From Candidatus Aenigmatarchaeota archaeon (lineage in GTDB: Archaea; Aenigmatarchaeota; Aenigmatarchaeia; GW2011-AR5; JAGGXF01), in NCBI GenBank assembly GCA_021163205.1, contig JAGGXF010000003.1, positions 1,200-65,199 of the forward strand: a DNA stretch of 64,000 nt. The letters are read 5' to 3'. Shown here in pieces: positions 46,294-56,630 of this stretch. How positions within the stretch are numbered: position 1 is the stretch's first letter; the number at the start of each line of letters is the position of its first letter. A model generated the notes under the pieces. It saw only the letters and a list, made by a program, of their open reading frames with translations, searched no databases and had not been told where the DNA came from. The position numbers and the translations under genes were made by a program.

Positions 46294-48018
46294 TCATTTA
46301 ACAGTTACGCTCTTTGCGAGGTTTCTTGGCTTGTCTATTGGCAATCCCTTCTCAAGAGCTATATAATATGTTAGCATTTGCCCTATCATGTTCGACAAGA
46401 TTGCAAATGTCCCCCCGTTTCCGGATGGTATGGCGAAATCAGTCTTTTTCATGGGTTGCGAAGAAATTATTATTGTTCTCGCTCCCCGTGCCTCGACTTC
46501 TTTTGTGTTTGAGATTATGTCTTCATCGCCTTCTGGTATGAGTGATATCACAGGCACACCGTCTTCTATTAATGCTATTGTACCATGTTTAAGTTCACCA
46601 CCCATCATTCCCTCTGCGTGTATGTAAGATATTTCTTTGAGTTTGAGTGCTATCTCTCTTGCAACAGGATAAGCCATTGCGCGCCCGATAACATAAATGT
46701 CTTTTTTGTCTTTGAGCTCTTTGGCAAGCTCTTTTATTTTTTCTTCCTGTTCGAATATATTTTGCATATTTCTTACAAGCTCTCTGAAATTTGTCTTGTA
46801 CCCAAGTAAGGAACATAGATAAAGCAGAAGAATTACCTGATTTGTGAACGTCTTTGTTGAGGCAACACAGATTTCTTGCCCGGCAAGTATATTTAGCGAG
46901 ATGTCAGAAAGCCTTTGTATGGATGAATACGGAACATTGACGATGGATGCTATCTTTGCGCCGCTCTCTCTTGCGAATTTTATTGACTTGATGACATCCA
47001 TAGTTTCGCCACTTTGGCTTATTGCTATTATAAGCGTTTCGTCGTCCACTGTCGCAAAGCTGTTAAATTCTGAGGCTATCAGCGCGTGAGCCTCTACGCC
47101 AGATTCGTGTAAGAAATAGGTTCCGAGAAGAGAGGCATGGTATGAAGTTCCAGCAGCGACAAAAATTATCCTTTTCGCATTTTCGATCATATTTTTAAGT
47201 TCCAATATCTTTTCTTTTTGTTCTGTTTCCAGTGACCTGATAAGTCTCTCAGCAACGATAGGCTGTTCTTTTATTTCTTTTATCATGAAATGTTTGTATT
47301 TCTTTTTTTCTTCCTCTCTTGATGACCATTCGAATTCTTGTACGTGTTTTTCTATCGGATTTCCTTCTTTATCAAAAAACTCATATGAACGTGGTCCAAT
47401 AATAGCAAATTCATTATCATCAAAAAATATTGCTTTATTGGTTTTGTCAGAAAAAGCATATATATCGCTTCCTATTATATTCATTCCATCTGCAATTCCA
47501 AGTGCCAGTGGGGAATCTTTTTTCAACGCGTAAATCTCCTCCCCGCCTTTTTTTATGATGAGAACAGCAAAAGTTCCACGAACTTTTTTAAAGAAATCTA
47601 CACACGCCTTTTTTATGTCCTTTCCTTCAAAGAAATGTGCAATGAGTTCACTATCAGTATCTGAGATTATTTTATGACCCTCCTTTTTTAGCTCATTTTT
47701 TAATTCAATAAAGTTTTCTATAATTCCATTGTGTACTATCATTATATCTCCTGAGCAGTCTGTGTGCGGGTGTGCATTTGTTTTTGTAACACCACCGTGT
47801 GTTGCCCATCTTGTGTGTGATATTGCAACCTTGGCTGTTTGCTTGAGGTCAACACGAGTCATAAAGTCTTTTATCTCTCCAACATCCTTTTCGACAACTC
47901 CCTTATCAGTTGCAAAGCCAACAGAATCATAACCGCGGTATTCAAGCCTTTTTAGCGCTTTTATGAGCTCTCCGACCTCAAATGGCTTTTCACTCACTAT
48001 TCCCACAATTCCGCACAT
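46294..48018 (-). CDS. glmS: glutamine--fructose-6-phosphate aminotransferase (GlmS)
   Basis: 574 aa. N-terminal MCGIVGIV (Ntn Cys1). Two SIS domains. C-terminal ...KSVTVK. Confidence 0.9.
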   Translation of the reverse strand: MCGIVGIVSEKPFEVGELIKALKRLEYRGYDSVGFATDKGVVEKDVGEIKDFMTRVDLKQTAKVAISHTRWATHGGVTKTNAHPHTDCSGDIMIVHNGIIENFIELKNELKKEGHKIISDTDSELIAHFFEGKDIKKACVDFFKKVRGTFAVLIIKKGGEEIYALKKDSPLALGIADGMNIIGSDIYAFSDKTNKAIFFDDNEFAIIGPRSYEFFDKEGNPIEKHVQEFEWSSREEEKKKYKHFMIKEIKEQPIVAERLIRSLETEQKEKILELKNMIENAKRIIFVAAGTSYHASLLGTYFLHESGVEAHALIASEFNSFATVDDETLIIAISQSGETMDVIKSIKFARESGAKIASIVNVPYSSIQRLSDISLNILAGQEICVASTKTFTNQVILLLYLCSLLGYKTNFRELVRNMQNIFEQEEKIKELAKELKDKKDIYVIGRAMAYPVAREIALKLKEISYIHAEGMMGGELKHGTIALIEDGVPVISLIPEGDEDIISNTKEVEARGARTIIISSQPMKKTDFAIPSGNGGTFAILSNMIGQMLTYYIALEKGLPIDKPRNLAKSVTVK

Positions 48019-48082
48019 TTAATCACCTTTTTATGTTGTTTGATTTTATTAAACTGGTTGATTATTAACACGGCTACGGATC

Positions 48083-49276
48083 TTAGATACTTCCTCCGTT
48101 GCCAGTATTCTTCCTTGGGTTGTTAACTTCATTTTTCCATTCTTCCATGCTAACACTCAACAGGTCTTTTGTTATGACCTGGTGTGGTGGTATTAGCAGA
48201 TTCGGATATATTTTCACGCCAGGCATTATAGAACAGTTTATCCCGAACTTGCAATTACTTCCAACGACACCGCCAAGTTTGCGTCGGCCGCTGTCAATGC
48301 GCTCTCCCTTTATGTTCATTTTAATGTTTTTATCGTCCAGTCTCAGATTAGCAAAAATCGTGCCTGCAGCAATGTTGCAATTGTCGGCAACTATGCTGTC
48401 TCCAACATAACTAAGATGTGAGACATATGTGTTTTTCATTATAACTGAATTTTTTATCTCGCTCGCATTCCCAATGCGGCAATCTTCTCCTATAGAAGAA
48501 TATGGCCTAATAAAAGAGTTTGGACCAACAACAGACCCCCTACCAATAAAGACGGGGTCTTGTATAAATACGCCGGGTCTTATCTCAACGTCGTCTTCTA
48601 TAATTGTTCCTGTTCTGTCTAATATTATTTTATTCGCATCGAGAATGTTCCATGGATAACTCACACTTATCCATTGTTTGAGCTCTGTTGGTCTAATTTC
48701 GATACCATCTTCTATCATCATGTTAAGGGTTTTAGTTATCTCATACTCCCCACGCTCTGAGATTGGAGTTCTCTTTATAAAATCGAATATTCTTTTATCA
48801 AATACGCCTATACCCGCATTGACGAGGTTACTCGAAGGGTTTGGAGACTTTTCCTCTATGTGTGTGATAGTTCCATCGACAACTCTTATCGCTCCGAATC
48901 GCTCTGGGGTTTCAGACTTGTAAACAGCCATTGTGTACGCACGGCTTCTGCAAATTTGTTTTATATCCTCTTCTGATACGATTTCATCACAATTCATGAG
49001 AATAAATTCGTCTTCGATAAGATTTTCAACAACAGAAACAGCATCAGCAGTACCCCGCTGCTCTTTCTGAACAACAAAGTTGCACCCATCTATGCTCAGA
49101 ATATCTTTCTGTCCTTTTCTCACGACAATAATTATATCATCTACATATTTTTTTAGTGTGTCGATTGTCCACTGAATCATTGGCTTTCCTGCTATAGGTA
49201 TCATTGCTTTTGACATGGTAATTGTCAACGGTCTGAGTCTAGTTCCATTCCCTGCTGCTAAAATAACTGCTTGCAT
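48083..49276 (-). CDS. bifunctional sugar-1-phosphate nucleotidyltransferase/acetyltransferase (archaeal GlmU-like)
   Basis: N-terminal MQAVILAAGNGTRLRPLT (nucleotidyltransferase G-loop). The C-terminal half has hexapeptide-repeat left-handed beta-helix sequence (IGxxxxI repeats). Confidence 0.75.
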   Translation of the reverse strand: MQAVILAAGNGTRLRPLTITMSKAMIPIAGKPMIQWTIDTLKKYVDDIIIVVRKGQKDILSIDGCNFVVQKEQRGTADAVSVVENLIEDEFILMNCDEIVSEEDIKQICRSRAYTMAVYKSETPERFGAIRVVDGTITHIEEKSPNPSSNLVNAGIGVFDKRIFDFIKRTPISERGEYEITKTLNMMIEDGIEIRPTELKQWISVSYPWNILDANKIILDRTGTIIEDDVEIRPGVFIQDPVFIGRGSVVGPNSFIRPYSSIGEDCRIGNASEIKNSVIMKNTYVSHLSYVGDSIVADNCNIAAGTIFANLRLDDKNIKMNIKGERIDSGRRKLGGVVGSNCKFGINCSIMPGVKIYPNLLIPPHQVITKDLLSVSMEEWKNEVNNPRKNTGNGGSI

Positions 49277-49440
49277 TGCTTATCTACCAGATTTGAAGAT
49301 TGAATTCCATAGAAATATCTATAGTAGCGGATAGTTTAAATACTTTTATTAAAATATTTTTAATACTATTAAAAAAATATTTTTAATATAAATGGAAGTT
49401 AACTTCAAAGTGGAAACAGCACACAAAAAAGAACGAGGTT

Positions 49441-50337
49441 ATGAAAATGTTTGTTGTCAGAAGAGGAAGAGATTCTCTAGAATCGATAGAAACGGTTGAA
49501 TTCACTCCGAATATAAACCCAATAGAGAAAAAAATAATTTCACTACTAATCCGAAGGAGTATGTATCCAAGAGAAATTGCAAAGGCGTTGAATATCGAAC
49601 AACAGAAAATATATTACCATATACGGAAGATGGAAAAAATGGGAATTGTGGAGGTTGAACACGTATCAAGAAAGGATATTTTAACAAAGTTTTATCGGCT
49701 CAGAGCGCCATCATTCCTGTTGCGCGTCGGGGAGTTTGAGCCCGTAAATAATATAACATTTCTGAGTAAAAAGAAAAGAGAGTTTCTCAAACCATTTGTA
49801 GAGAATGGCCGAATAAACACAAAAATTGTTCTTGGCTCTCCTGATCCGCATGGGGCTCTGTCAGCAAGAGCTCGGGACGGATACTATGCGTCTGACCTTA
49901 CAATGTTTCTTGGCTCGTTTTCTTCTTTTCCGCCGAAGCCGTGTGTCGTTTTGGATACCGAGATAAAAAACTTAGAACAAAATATGATAATCGTCGGTGG
50001 ACCGATTGTTAATAGAATTGCAGAAAAAGTGAATAATAGATTACCAATATTTTTTAAGAATAAAGCGATATACTCAAAACTGACTAAAAATTTTTACAAA
50101 TCTGACAATTGCGGCATTGTGATAAAAACCAAAAATCCATTCAACCGAAAAAAGTATATTATGGTTGTCGCGGGGATTCGTTCGCAAGGAACACGTGCAG
50201 CGATATTGGCATTCCTACAGCGCTTTGATGAACTATGTAAAGGAAATGAAAAAAATAAAAAAGTCTACGCACATGTTGTTCAGGGTGTGGACAAAGATGC
50301 TGACGGTGTTATCGATTTTGTTGATATAATTGAGTGA
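49441..50337 (+). CDS. winged-helix (HTH) domain protein with uncharacterised C-terminal domain
   Basis: 298 aa. The N-terminal ~90 aa resemble an ArsR/MarR-like wHTH (EKKIISLLIRRSMYPREIAKALNIEQQKIYYHIRKMEKMGIV). The C-terminal domain has no recognised motif. Confidence 0.4.
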   Translation: MKMFVVRRGRDSLESIETVEFTPNINPIEKKIISLLIRRSMYPREIAKALNIEQQKIYYHIRKMEKMGIVEVEHVSRKDILTKFYRLRAPSFLLRVGEFEPVNNITFLSKKKREFLKPFVENGRINTKIVLGSPDPHGALSARARDGYYASDLTMFLGSFSSFPPKPCVVLDTEIKNLEQNMIIVGGPIVNRIAEKVNNRLPIFFKNKAIYSKLTKNFYKSDNCGIVIKTKNPFNRKKYIMVVAGIRSQGTRAAILAFLQRFDELCKGNEKNKKVYAHVVQGVDKDADGVIDFVDIIE

Positions 50338-50393
50338 ACAAAGAGAATCTTGGCACTGCCTCCTGTTGTCATAGACCAAGTAAACTAGAATAA

Positions 50394-51113
50394 TTGTTGG
50401 TGAAGAAGATGAAAAAAGTGATAAAGTACATATTTTTTGATCTGGACAACACACTCGTAGATTTTATGGGGATTAAAAAGATGTGTTGCTCTGCTGCTGT
50501 AGATGCAATGATAAAAGAAGGATTAGAGATGAGCAAAAAGGACGCAATGAAGATACTTTTCGAATTATACGAAAACTATGGAATAGAGTATGATAAGATA
50601 TTTCAGAAGTTTCTTATAAGGGTTATGAAGAAGATAGACTATAAGATACTTGCGAGAGCTGTATATGAATATAGAAGGGTTCAGTTGAGACACCTGAAAC
50701 CATATCCCGGTGTTGTTCACCTTATGAAGAAATTGAAGCAAGAAGGCTACAAACTTAGCATAGTTTCTGATGCACCGAGTATGAAGGTATGGCTCAGGTT
50801 GTTTGAAACGGGTCTGGCAGAATATTTTGATTTTGTCGTTGCTTTTGATGAAACGCGACAGAAGAAGCCAAGCCGGGGTGTTTTCAGATTGGCAGTCAAA
50901 AAAGCCGGATGCAAACCACATGAAATATTATTTGTCGGGGATGACCCGATGCGGGATGTTAACGGTGCAAAGGCTGTTGGAATAAAAACAGTTTTTGCAT
51001 TATATGGCCTGGTGCCAAAGTATAAAAAGTATGTAAAGAGTATCAGTCCTGACTATGTGATAAGACGCCCAAGTGAGTTGCTCGATGTTCTTAAGCGCAT
51101 CAATGGGGGTTAG
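50394..51113 (+). CDS. HAD-superfamily hydrolase
   Basis: Motif I IFFDLDNTLVDF. Motif IV LFVGDDPMRDVNGAKAVG. Confidence 0.7.
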   Translation: MLVKKMKKVIKYIFFDLDNTLVDFMGIKKMCCSAAVDAMIKEGLEMSKKDAMKILFELYENYGIEYDKIFQKFLIRVMKKIDYKILARAVYEYRRVQLRHLKPYPGVVHLMKKLKQEGYKLSIVSDAPSMKVWLRLFETGLAEYFDFVVAFDETRQKKPSRGVFRLAVKKAGCKPHEILFVGDDPMRDVNGAKAVGIKTVFALYGLVPKYKKYVKSISPDYVIRRPSELLDVLKRINGG

Positions 51114-51114
51114 G

Positions 51115-52188
51115 ATGATAAAGACCATCAAAGAGGGTTCTGCTCGATTATATGTGCCAAATGTGAACAAGCCTGAGCAGGGGCGGAGAGAAGGATTTTA
51201 TAATCCAGCCATGACTAAAAACAGAGACATATCTGTCGCGTGTCTTGCTGTTCTATTCAAAGTTTCCAAGAAGAGAGCAAAAAATAGGATGAGAATTTGT
51301 GATGCGCTGACTGCTACAGGCGTTCGGGCAATTCGGTACAAGAAAGAAGTTGGTGGTGAGGTTTGGGCGTGTGATGTCAATGAGAACGCGATTAAGCTTG
51401 CCCGAAAAAATGCATACTTAAACAAAACCAAAATAAATTTTGTTAATAAAGATGCAAATGCCTTTCTAAGTGAAAACGGGTTTGATTTTGTTGATATAGA
51501 CCCCTACGGGTCCCCCGTTGGATTTATTGCGGCAGCGGGGCATTCACTTGGTAGGAAAGGTTATTTAGCAGTAACAGCAACAGATACCGCGGCGCTTAAT
51601 GGCGTCTATCCCCGTGTTGCTGAGCGAAGATACGGAATACGTTCTGTCAGATGCTTCTATTCAAAAGAGCTTGGCACGAGAATTCTAATAACATCTATTA
51701 TTCGAATACTCATGCAACAAGACAAGGCTTTTCAGCCTCTTCTGTGTTTTCAGGATAGACATTATATAAGAATATTCGGCTCTGTCTTGAGGGGTGCTAA
51801 AAAGTGTGATGTATTGCTTGACAAAATGAAGTATATAGTTGCCGACAAGGATAGTTGGGAAATAAGAGAGCACCCCAGTGAGAAATCCATTGGTCCTATC
51901 TACATCGACACGATACAAAAAAAGAATTTTTGTATGTCTGTCCTAAAAGAGCTCAAAAAACGAAATCTCACAGGACAAAACATAGTCAGACTTGCTGCAG
52001 AAGAGCTCCAAGAACCATTTTACTATGACACGCATTTTTTATCCAAAAAATACAAAAAGCCACTAGTCAGCCTGTCTAAAATTATTGATACTCTCTCCAA
52101 AAGGCATAAAGTTAGCAGAACAGTGTTTTGCCCTACCGCCATAAAAACAGATGCTGGGCTTGAGAAAATATTAGCTGCGATGGAATAA
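51115..52188 (+). CDS. trm1: tRNA (guanine26-N2)-dimethyltransferase Trm1
   Basis: MIKTIKEGSARLYVP...FYNPAMTKNRDISV...ICDALTATGVRAIRY...VDIDPYGSP are Trm1 signature blocks. Confidence 0.8.
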   Translation: MIKTIKEGSARLYVPNVNKPEQGRREGFYNPAMTKNRDISVACLAVLFKVSKKRAKNRMRICDALTATGVRAIRYKKEVGGEVWACDVNENAIKLARKNAYLNKTKINFVNKDANAFLSENGFDFVDIDPYGSPVGFIAAAGHSLGRKGYLAVTATDTAALNGVYPRVAERRYGIRSVRCFYSKELGTRILITSIIRILMQQDKAFQPLLCFQDRHYIRIFGSVLRGAKKCDVLLDKMKYIVADKDSWEIREHPSEKSIGPIYIDTIQKKNFCMSVLKELKKRNLTGQNIVRLAAEELQEPFYYDTHFLSKKYKKPLVSLSKIIDTLSKRHKVSRTVFCPTAIKTDAGLEKILAAME

Positions 52189-52224
52189 TGGTATGAAATA
52201 AATGAAACGGAAGTGGGGCTGATA

Positions 52225-53187
52225 TTACTGTTTCTTCTTTCGCTTTTTGCCGCCCTCCTCTTCTTTTGCCTTCTTTTCGACTTCTTCTTCGATGTTTAGG
52301 GCTTCTGCTATCTCCTTGTATCTATTTCTTATAGTAACCTCTGTTACACCAACAACATCTGCTACCTCTCTCTGTGTTCTTCGTTCCCCTTCCAATACAG
52401 ACGCTATATATATCGCTGCTGCTGCACAGCCGCAAGGCCCCTTTCCAGATATCACATCCTTTTTTCTCGCCTTTTTTAGTATGTTAATAGCCTTAACCTG
52501 AACCCTGTCGCTGAGATTAAGCATGGATGCGAACCTTGGTATATATGAAGCTGCCTTCGCGGGAAGAATTCTCATTCCCATTTTTCTTGATATGTATCTA
52601 TACGTGCGACCTAGTTCTCTTTTTTCTATTCCAGATGCCTGAGATATTTCTGTTAATGTTCTTGGAGTTCCGTATTCCCGACATAGCGAATAAACAAGAG
52701 CTGCAATTATGGATTCAATTGAACGACCACGGACAAGACCCTTTTCTAGTGCCTTTTCGTACAGTTTTGCAACCTCTTCGTGCAGAGTGGCGGGTAGCCC
52801 CAAATACGAAACCAATCTCTGAAGCTCGCCCAACGCAAATGAAAGGTTTCTGTCTTTCGATGTTAGTAGACGCTTCTGCCATTTCCTGATTCTGAAGAAC
52901 TGAGAACGTTTTTTGGCAGGCACCTTAAAAAGCTCTGTCACACCTTTGCCTATTTCAGTCGTGAGGCCCTTGTCATGCCTTCTGTGTGTTAGAGGGGCAC
53001 CTGTCCTCGCCCTTTTTTCTTTCTGGTCGTCTGTGAATGCTCGCCAATCCTGAGAAATATCAATCATAGAATCCTCAATCACCCTACCACATTTAGCACA
53101 TATCAGCTCTGCCCGTTCGGGGTCTTTATAAAATTCAGTAGAACCGCAGTCCGGACATTTAAAAATCTTCTTTTTTATCATACTCAC
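52225..53187 (-). CDS. tfb: transcription initiation factor TFB (TFIIB)
   Basis: N-terminal Zn ribbon CPDCGSTEFYKDPERAELICAKCG. Two cyclin-fold repeats. Has a K/E-rich C-terminal tail. Confidence 0.9.
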   Translation of the reverse strand: MSMIKKKIFKCPDCGSTEFYKDPERAELICAKCGRVIEDSMIDISQDWRAFTDDQKEKRARTGAPLTHRRHDKGLTTEIGKGVTELFKVPAKKRSQFFRIRKWQKRLLTSKDRNLSFALGELQRLVSYLGLPATLHEEVAKLYEKALEKGLVRGRSIESIIAALVYSLCREYGTPRTLTEISQASGIEKRELGRTYRYISRKMGMRILPAKAASYIPRFASMLNLSDRVQVKAINILKKARKKDVISGKGPCGCAAAAIYIASVLEGERRTQREVADVVGVTEVTIRNRYKEIAEALNIEEEVEKKAKEEEGGKKRKKKQ

Positions 53188-53385
53188 ACCCCATTGTTAC
53201 CATCTAATCGTAACATAGCAAAAAGACAAACTTTATAAAAGTTGAACCAAAAACTATTTAAAGTTTTCTATGCTAGAAGCTTAAAAATGTTTGGATTTGT
53301 CAAATTTTTGAGATATTTTAGGTGTTTTGTGCTATCTTAAGGCATTTAAAAGGCTTTCAACTAATTTATTATATCTGGTGTTTGT

Positions 53386-53595
53386 ATGACGTTACCAATT
53401 TTTCCTTTTGGTTTAATAGCCAAGAAAGCCGGTGCGAAGCGTGTTTCTGCCGATGCTATTGAAGAGCTTCGCGACACTGTGGAGGAGATTGGTTTGGACA
53501 TAGCGAGGAAAGCGGTTCTCATAAGTCAGCATTCTGGGCGCAGGACCGTTCAGAAAAAAGATATTGAATTTGTTATAAAGCATAAAATGGTATAA
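53386..53595 (+). CDS. archaeal histone (HMf-like)
   Basis: 69 aa. LPIFPFGLIAKKAGAKRVSADAIEELRDTVEEIGLDIARKAVLISQHSGRRTVQKKDIEFVIKH is a single histone fold with conserved R/T pair residues. Confidence 0.7.
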   Translation: MTLPIFPFGLIAKKAGAKRVSADAIEELRDTVEEIGLDIARKAVLISQHSGRRTVQKKDIEFVIKHKMV

Positions 53596-53687
53596 TTGTG
53601 AACACCGTTGACACGATTTGGCAAAGAAGATAATAATTTAAAGCCAGTTGATAACTAATCAATAATATTTTTGCGGGAGGTTATAAA

Positions 53688-54080
53688 ATGGAGACGACGG
53701 TTGAAGAAATCAAAAAATGTCGCGAAGGTAAATTTATTCTTATTGATAACGCGCCTTGCAAAGTAACAAGCCTCAAAATATCCAAGCCGGGAAAACACGG
53801 CGAAGCAAAGGCACGACTAGAAGCGGTTGGTATATTTGATGGTCAGAAACGCGTTATTGTGAAACCGGCTGGCCATAAAGTTAGAATACCAATAGTCATA
53901 AAAAAGAATGCTCAAGTTATATCAATTTCGGGTGATAATGCTCAGTTAATGGATTTGGAAGATTATTCTATGTTTGAAACCCGCATACCAGACGACCTCA
54001 AGGGAAAAGTCGTGGAAGGTGGCGAGGTCGTGATATGGAAGTTCGGCGACTATGTCATGATCAAGGGCGTCAAAGCTTAA
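53688..54080 (+). CDS. eif5a: translation initiation factor 5A (aIF5A)
   Basis: Hypusination loop SKPGKHGEAKARLEAVGIFDGQKR. Followed by an OB domain. Confidence 0.85.
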   Translation: METTVEEIKKCREGKFILIDNAPCKVTSLKISKPGKHGEAKARLEAVGIFDGQKRVIVKPAGHKVRIPIVIKKNAQVISISGDNAQLMDLEDYSMFETRIPDDLKGKVVEGGEVVIWKFGDYVMIKGVKA

Positions 54081-54271
54081 TGAACATTACTTAAAGTTCG
54101 TTCGTTTGGGAAGACAGGTAGTTCTCGTATATGGCTTTCGTAATTGGTCTTGTGTTAGATCAAGGTGTATCATATGTGTTATGAAAAGTTTTGAGAGAAA
54201 CCCACAAAAGTGGACAAGGAATATTTAAAAAGATTTCTAATAAATTCATTTGAGTTAAACGGATTGGAAGG

Positions 54272-54868
54272 ATGATTATGGCTAAAGAAAAAGACATGCT
54301 TGTTCCAAGAGAACAATATCTCAAAGCCGGAGCTCATATAGGCATGACCTTCAAGACAGCGGACATGCAACGATTTATTTATAAAATTAGACCAAATGGT
54401 CTTGCTGTTCTGAATATAGGGATTCTCGACAAACACATTCATGCTGCTGTCAAGATGCTTGCAAGGTCGAAAAAAATTCTGGCTGTTTCTAGAAAGGAGA
54501 ATGGAAGAAAACCCGTGAAAGCTTTTGCGAAGGCTGTTGGGGGAAAATGTATAGCAGGAAGATTTATGCCCGGCTCCTTAACAAATCCAAATTTTAAGGA
54601 CTTTTTCGAGCCAGAAATAATTGTCATTACTGACCCAGCCATAGACAAACAAGCCCTTAAAGAAGCTGTCAAGATTAGGATACCTATAATAGCGTTGTGC
54701 GACACATTCAATCAGACATCTTTCGTGGACCTCGTAATACCATGCAACAACAAAGGGAAGAAATCACTCGGATTGATATATTACATTTTGGCAAAGTATA
54801 CCCTTAAAGAGCGCGGACAAGACGTGGACGCCGCCAAGCTCAAGCTAGAAGATTTTGAAACAGAATAA
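54272..54868 (+). CDS. rps2: 30S ribosomal protein S2 (uS2)
   Basis: LLVPREQYLKAGAHIGMTFKTADMQRFIYKIRPNGLAVLNIG matches the archaeal S2 N-terminus. Confidence 0.85.
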   Translation: MIMAKEKDMLVPREQYLKAGAHIGMTFKTADMQRFIYKIRPNGLAVLNIGILDKHIHAAVKMLARSKKILAVSRKENGRKPVKAFAKAVGGKCIAGRFMPGSLTNPNFKDFFEPEIIVITDPAIDKQALKEAVKIRIPIIALCDTFNQTSFVDLVIPCNNKGKKSLGLIYYILAKYTLKERGQDVDAAKLKLEDFETE

Positions 54869-55262
54869 TTTAATTATTGCCATGATATAGATAACTTCTA
54901 TTTGGTTATGTTAAATCGAAAAGTTAATGATATTGTCGGTCTCTGCTATTTATAAGCGTCTAAAAGACACCGTATTCAGAGGACACAATTTATTTCCTAT
55001 CGTCGATAGTCGCGAGAGAAAAAAGAAAGTTTTAAAAAACTTTTCTCTAATAAGATAAGAGTAAAATAATTGTAAAACAAAGTCGGTTTCGAACAATCCC
55101 CGCATGAGGGGTGCCGGCGGTTATGCTTCTTAAAGAAGGCATAACCTAAAATGTTCCGAGAAACATTAAATGTTTCTAGTGGAGCAATTGTGGCTAACAA
55201 GTTATTTGTTTTCCATAAACAGACGACAGACACTAGCTATAATTAAAAAGAAAGTTGATATT

Positions 55263-55724
55263 ATGGGAGAAATGACGGAAACAAAAAAAATTGTAAGACT
55301 TATAAACACAGACTTAGATGGCAATCTTAGCGTTGCAAGAGCGTTGCAAAAAATAAAAGGCATTGGGCCAACAATAGTAAAAGCTGTATGCATAAAAGCA
55401 AAAATAGACATGAGGACTAAACTCGGTAGCCTCAGTCAAGATGAGATTAATCGTATAGAAGAGGTTATAAAAAAATCTGATTTTCCTCATTGGATAACAA
55501 ATGCGAGAAGCCAGACAGAGAAAACGCATCTAGTTTCATCTAAAATAGACTTTGAGGTAAGAAAAAGAATAAATGTCCTGAGGCAGATCAGAGCATATCG
55601 CGGCATAAGACACGAACAAAATCTTCCAGTGCGTGGACAACGGACCAGAGGAAGTTTTCGACACAATAAAACTGTTGGTGTTCAAAAAAGAAAGGCTTTA
55701 CAAGCCAAGCGTGGAAAAAAATAA
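55263..55724 (+). CDS. rps13: 30S ribosomal protein S13 (uS13)
   Basis: VRLINTDLDGNLSVARALQKIKGIGPTIVKAVC...RQIRAYRGIRH matches S13. Confidence 0.85.
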   Translation: MGEMTETKKIVRLINTDLDGNLSVARALQKIKGIGPTIVKAVCIKAKIDMRTKLGSLSQDEINRIEEVIKKSDFPHWITNARSQTEKTHLVSSKIDFEVRKRINVLRQIRAYRGIRHEQNLPVRGQRTRGSFRHNKTVGVQKRKALQAKRGKK

Positions 55725-55734
55725 AGTGATGTGA

Positions 55735-56232
55735 ATGGGTCATCCAAAAAAACCAAGAAAAAAATATGAAAAACCAAAGCGTCCTTACGACAAAGATAGA
55801 ATCGCCAAAGAAAAAAAGCTTATGAATGAGTTTGGCTTGAGGAGAAAGAGAGAAATCTGGAAAGCAGAAAGTATTTTGAGAGACTTCAGAAAAAGAGCCA
55901 GGGACCTCCAGGGAAAAAGAGATGAGGAAAAAGAAAAAGAGCTGATAAATAGACTTTACAGGCTTGGATTAGTGACCAAATCCGCTAGCCTGGATGATGT
56001 TCTTGAGCTTAAATTAGAAGACATATTATCTAGAAGATTACAAAGCATAGTTTTCAATAAAAAAATTGCAAATAGCCCAAAACACGCAAGGCAGTTAATT
56101 GTTCATGGTCATATCTTAATAAATGAGAGAAAAGTTAGATGGCCAAGTTTTCTAGTTCCGACAGAACTTGAAAATAAAATAAGGCTAAGTCCAAAAATAA
56201 AAAACCAACTGATAGCTGGTGAAAAAGAATGA
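55735..56232 (+). CDS. rps4: 30S ribosomal protein S4 (uS4)
   Basis: [23 protein letters not shown]. Has an S4 RNA-binding domain ([21 protein letters not shown]). Confidence 0.85.
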   Translation: MGHPKKPRKKYEKPKRPYDKDRIAKEKKLMNEFGLRRKREIWKAESILRDFRKRARDLQGKRDEEKEKELINRLYRLGLVTKSASLDDVLELKLEDILSRRLQSIVFNKKIANSPKHARQLIVHGHILINERKVRWPSFLVPTELENKIRLSPKIKNQLIAGEKE

Positions 56233-56627
56233 CCAAAAAAGGAAAAATAAGATGGGGAATAGCAAACATATTTTCATCCACTAACAACACAATAATTCAT
56301 ATAACAGACATCACTGGGTCTGAAACCATTGCAAAATATTCCGGTGGGATGATAACTAACCAAGATAGGCTTAAAGGAAGTCCATTTCCTGCGATGAAAG
56401 CAGCACAGAAAGCTGCAGAAGACGCGCTAGCTCACAACATTAACGCTGTTCATATCCGTGTAAGAGCACCGGGAGGGCATAAGTCAAAAATTCCGGGCCA
56501 AGGTGCGCAGCCTGCAATAAGAGCACTTGCCCGTTCTGGTCTCAAGATAGGAAGAATAGAGGATGTTACGCCCATACCCCACGATTCAACAAGAAAGAAG
56601 GGCGGCAGAAGAGGGAGAAGGGTGTAA
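56229..56627 (+). CDS. rps11: 30S ribosomal protein S11 (uS11)
   Basis: [34 protein letters not shown]...[10 protein letters not shown] matches S11. Start overlaps the S4 stop. Confidence 0.85.
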   Translation: MTKKGKIRWGIANIFSSTNNTIIHITDITGSETIAKYSGGMITNQDRLKGSPFPAMKAAQKAAEDALAHNINAVHIRVRAPGGHKSKIPGQGAQPAIRALARSGLKIGRIEDVTPIPHDSTRKKGGRRGRRV

Positions 56628-56630
56628 ATT

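Noticed and set aside
54997-55233. 78-aa minus-strand ORF in the rps13 leader
   Set aside because: It overlaps the hairpin-rich region. Its composition and lack of RBS or context suggest the region is structured RNA rather than coding.
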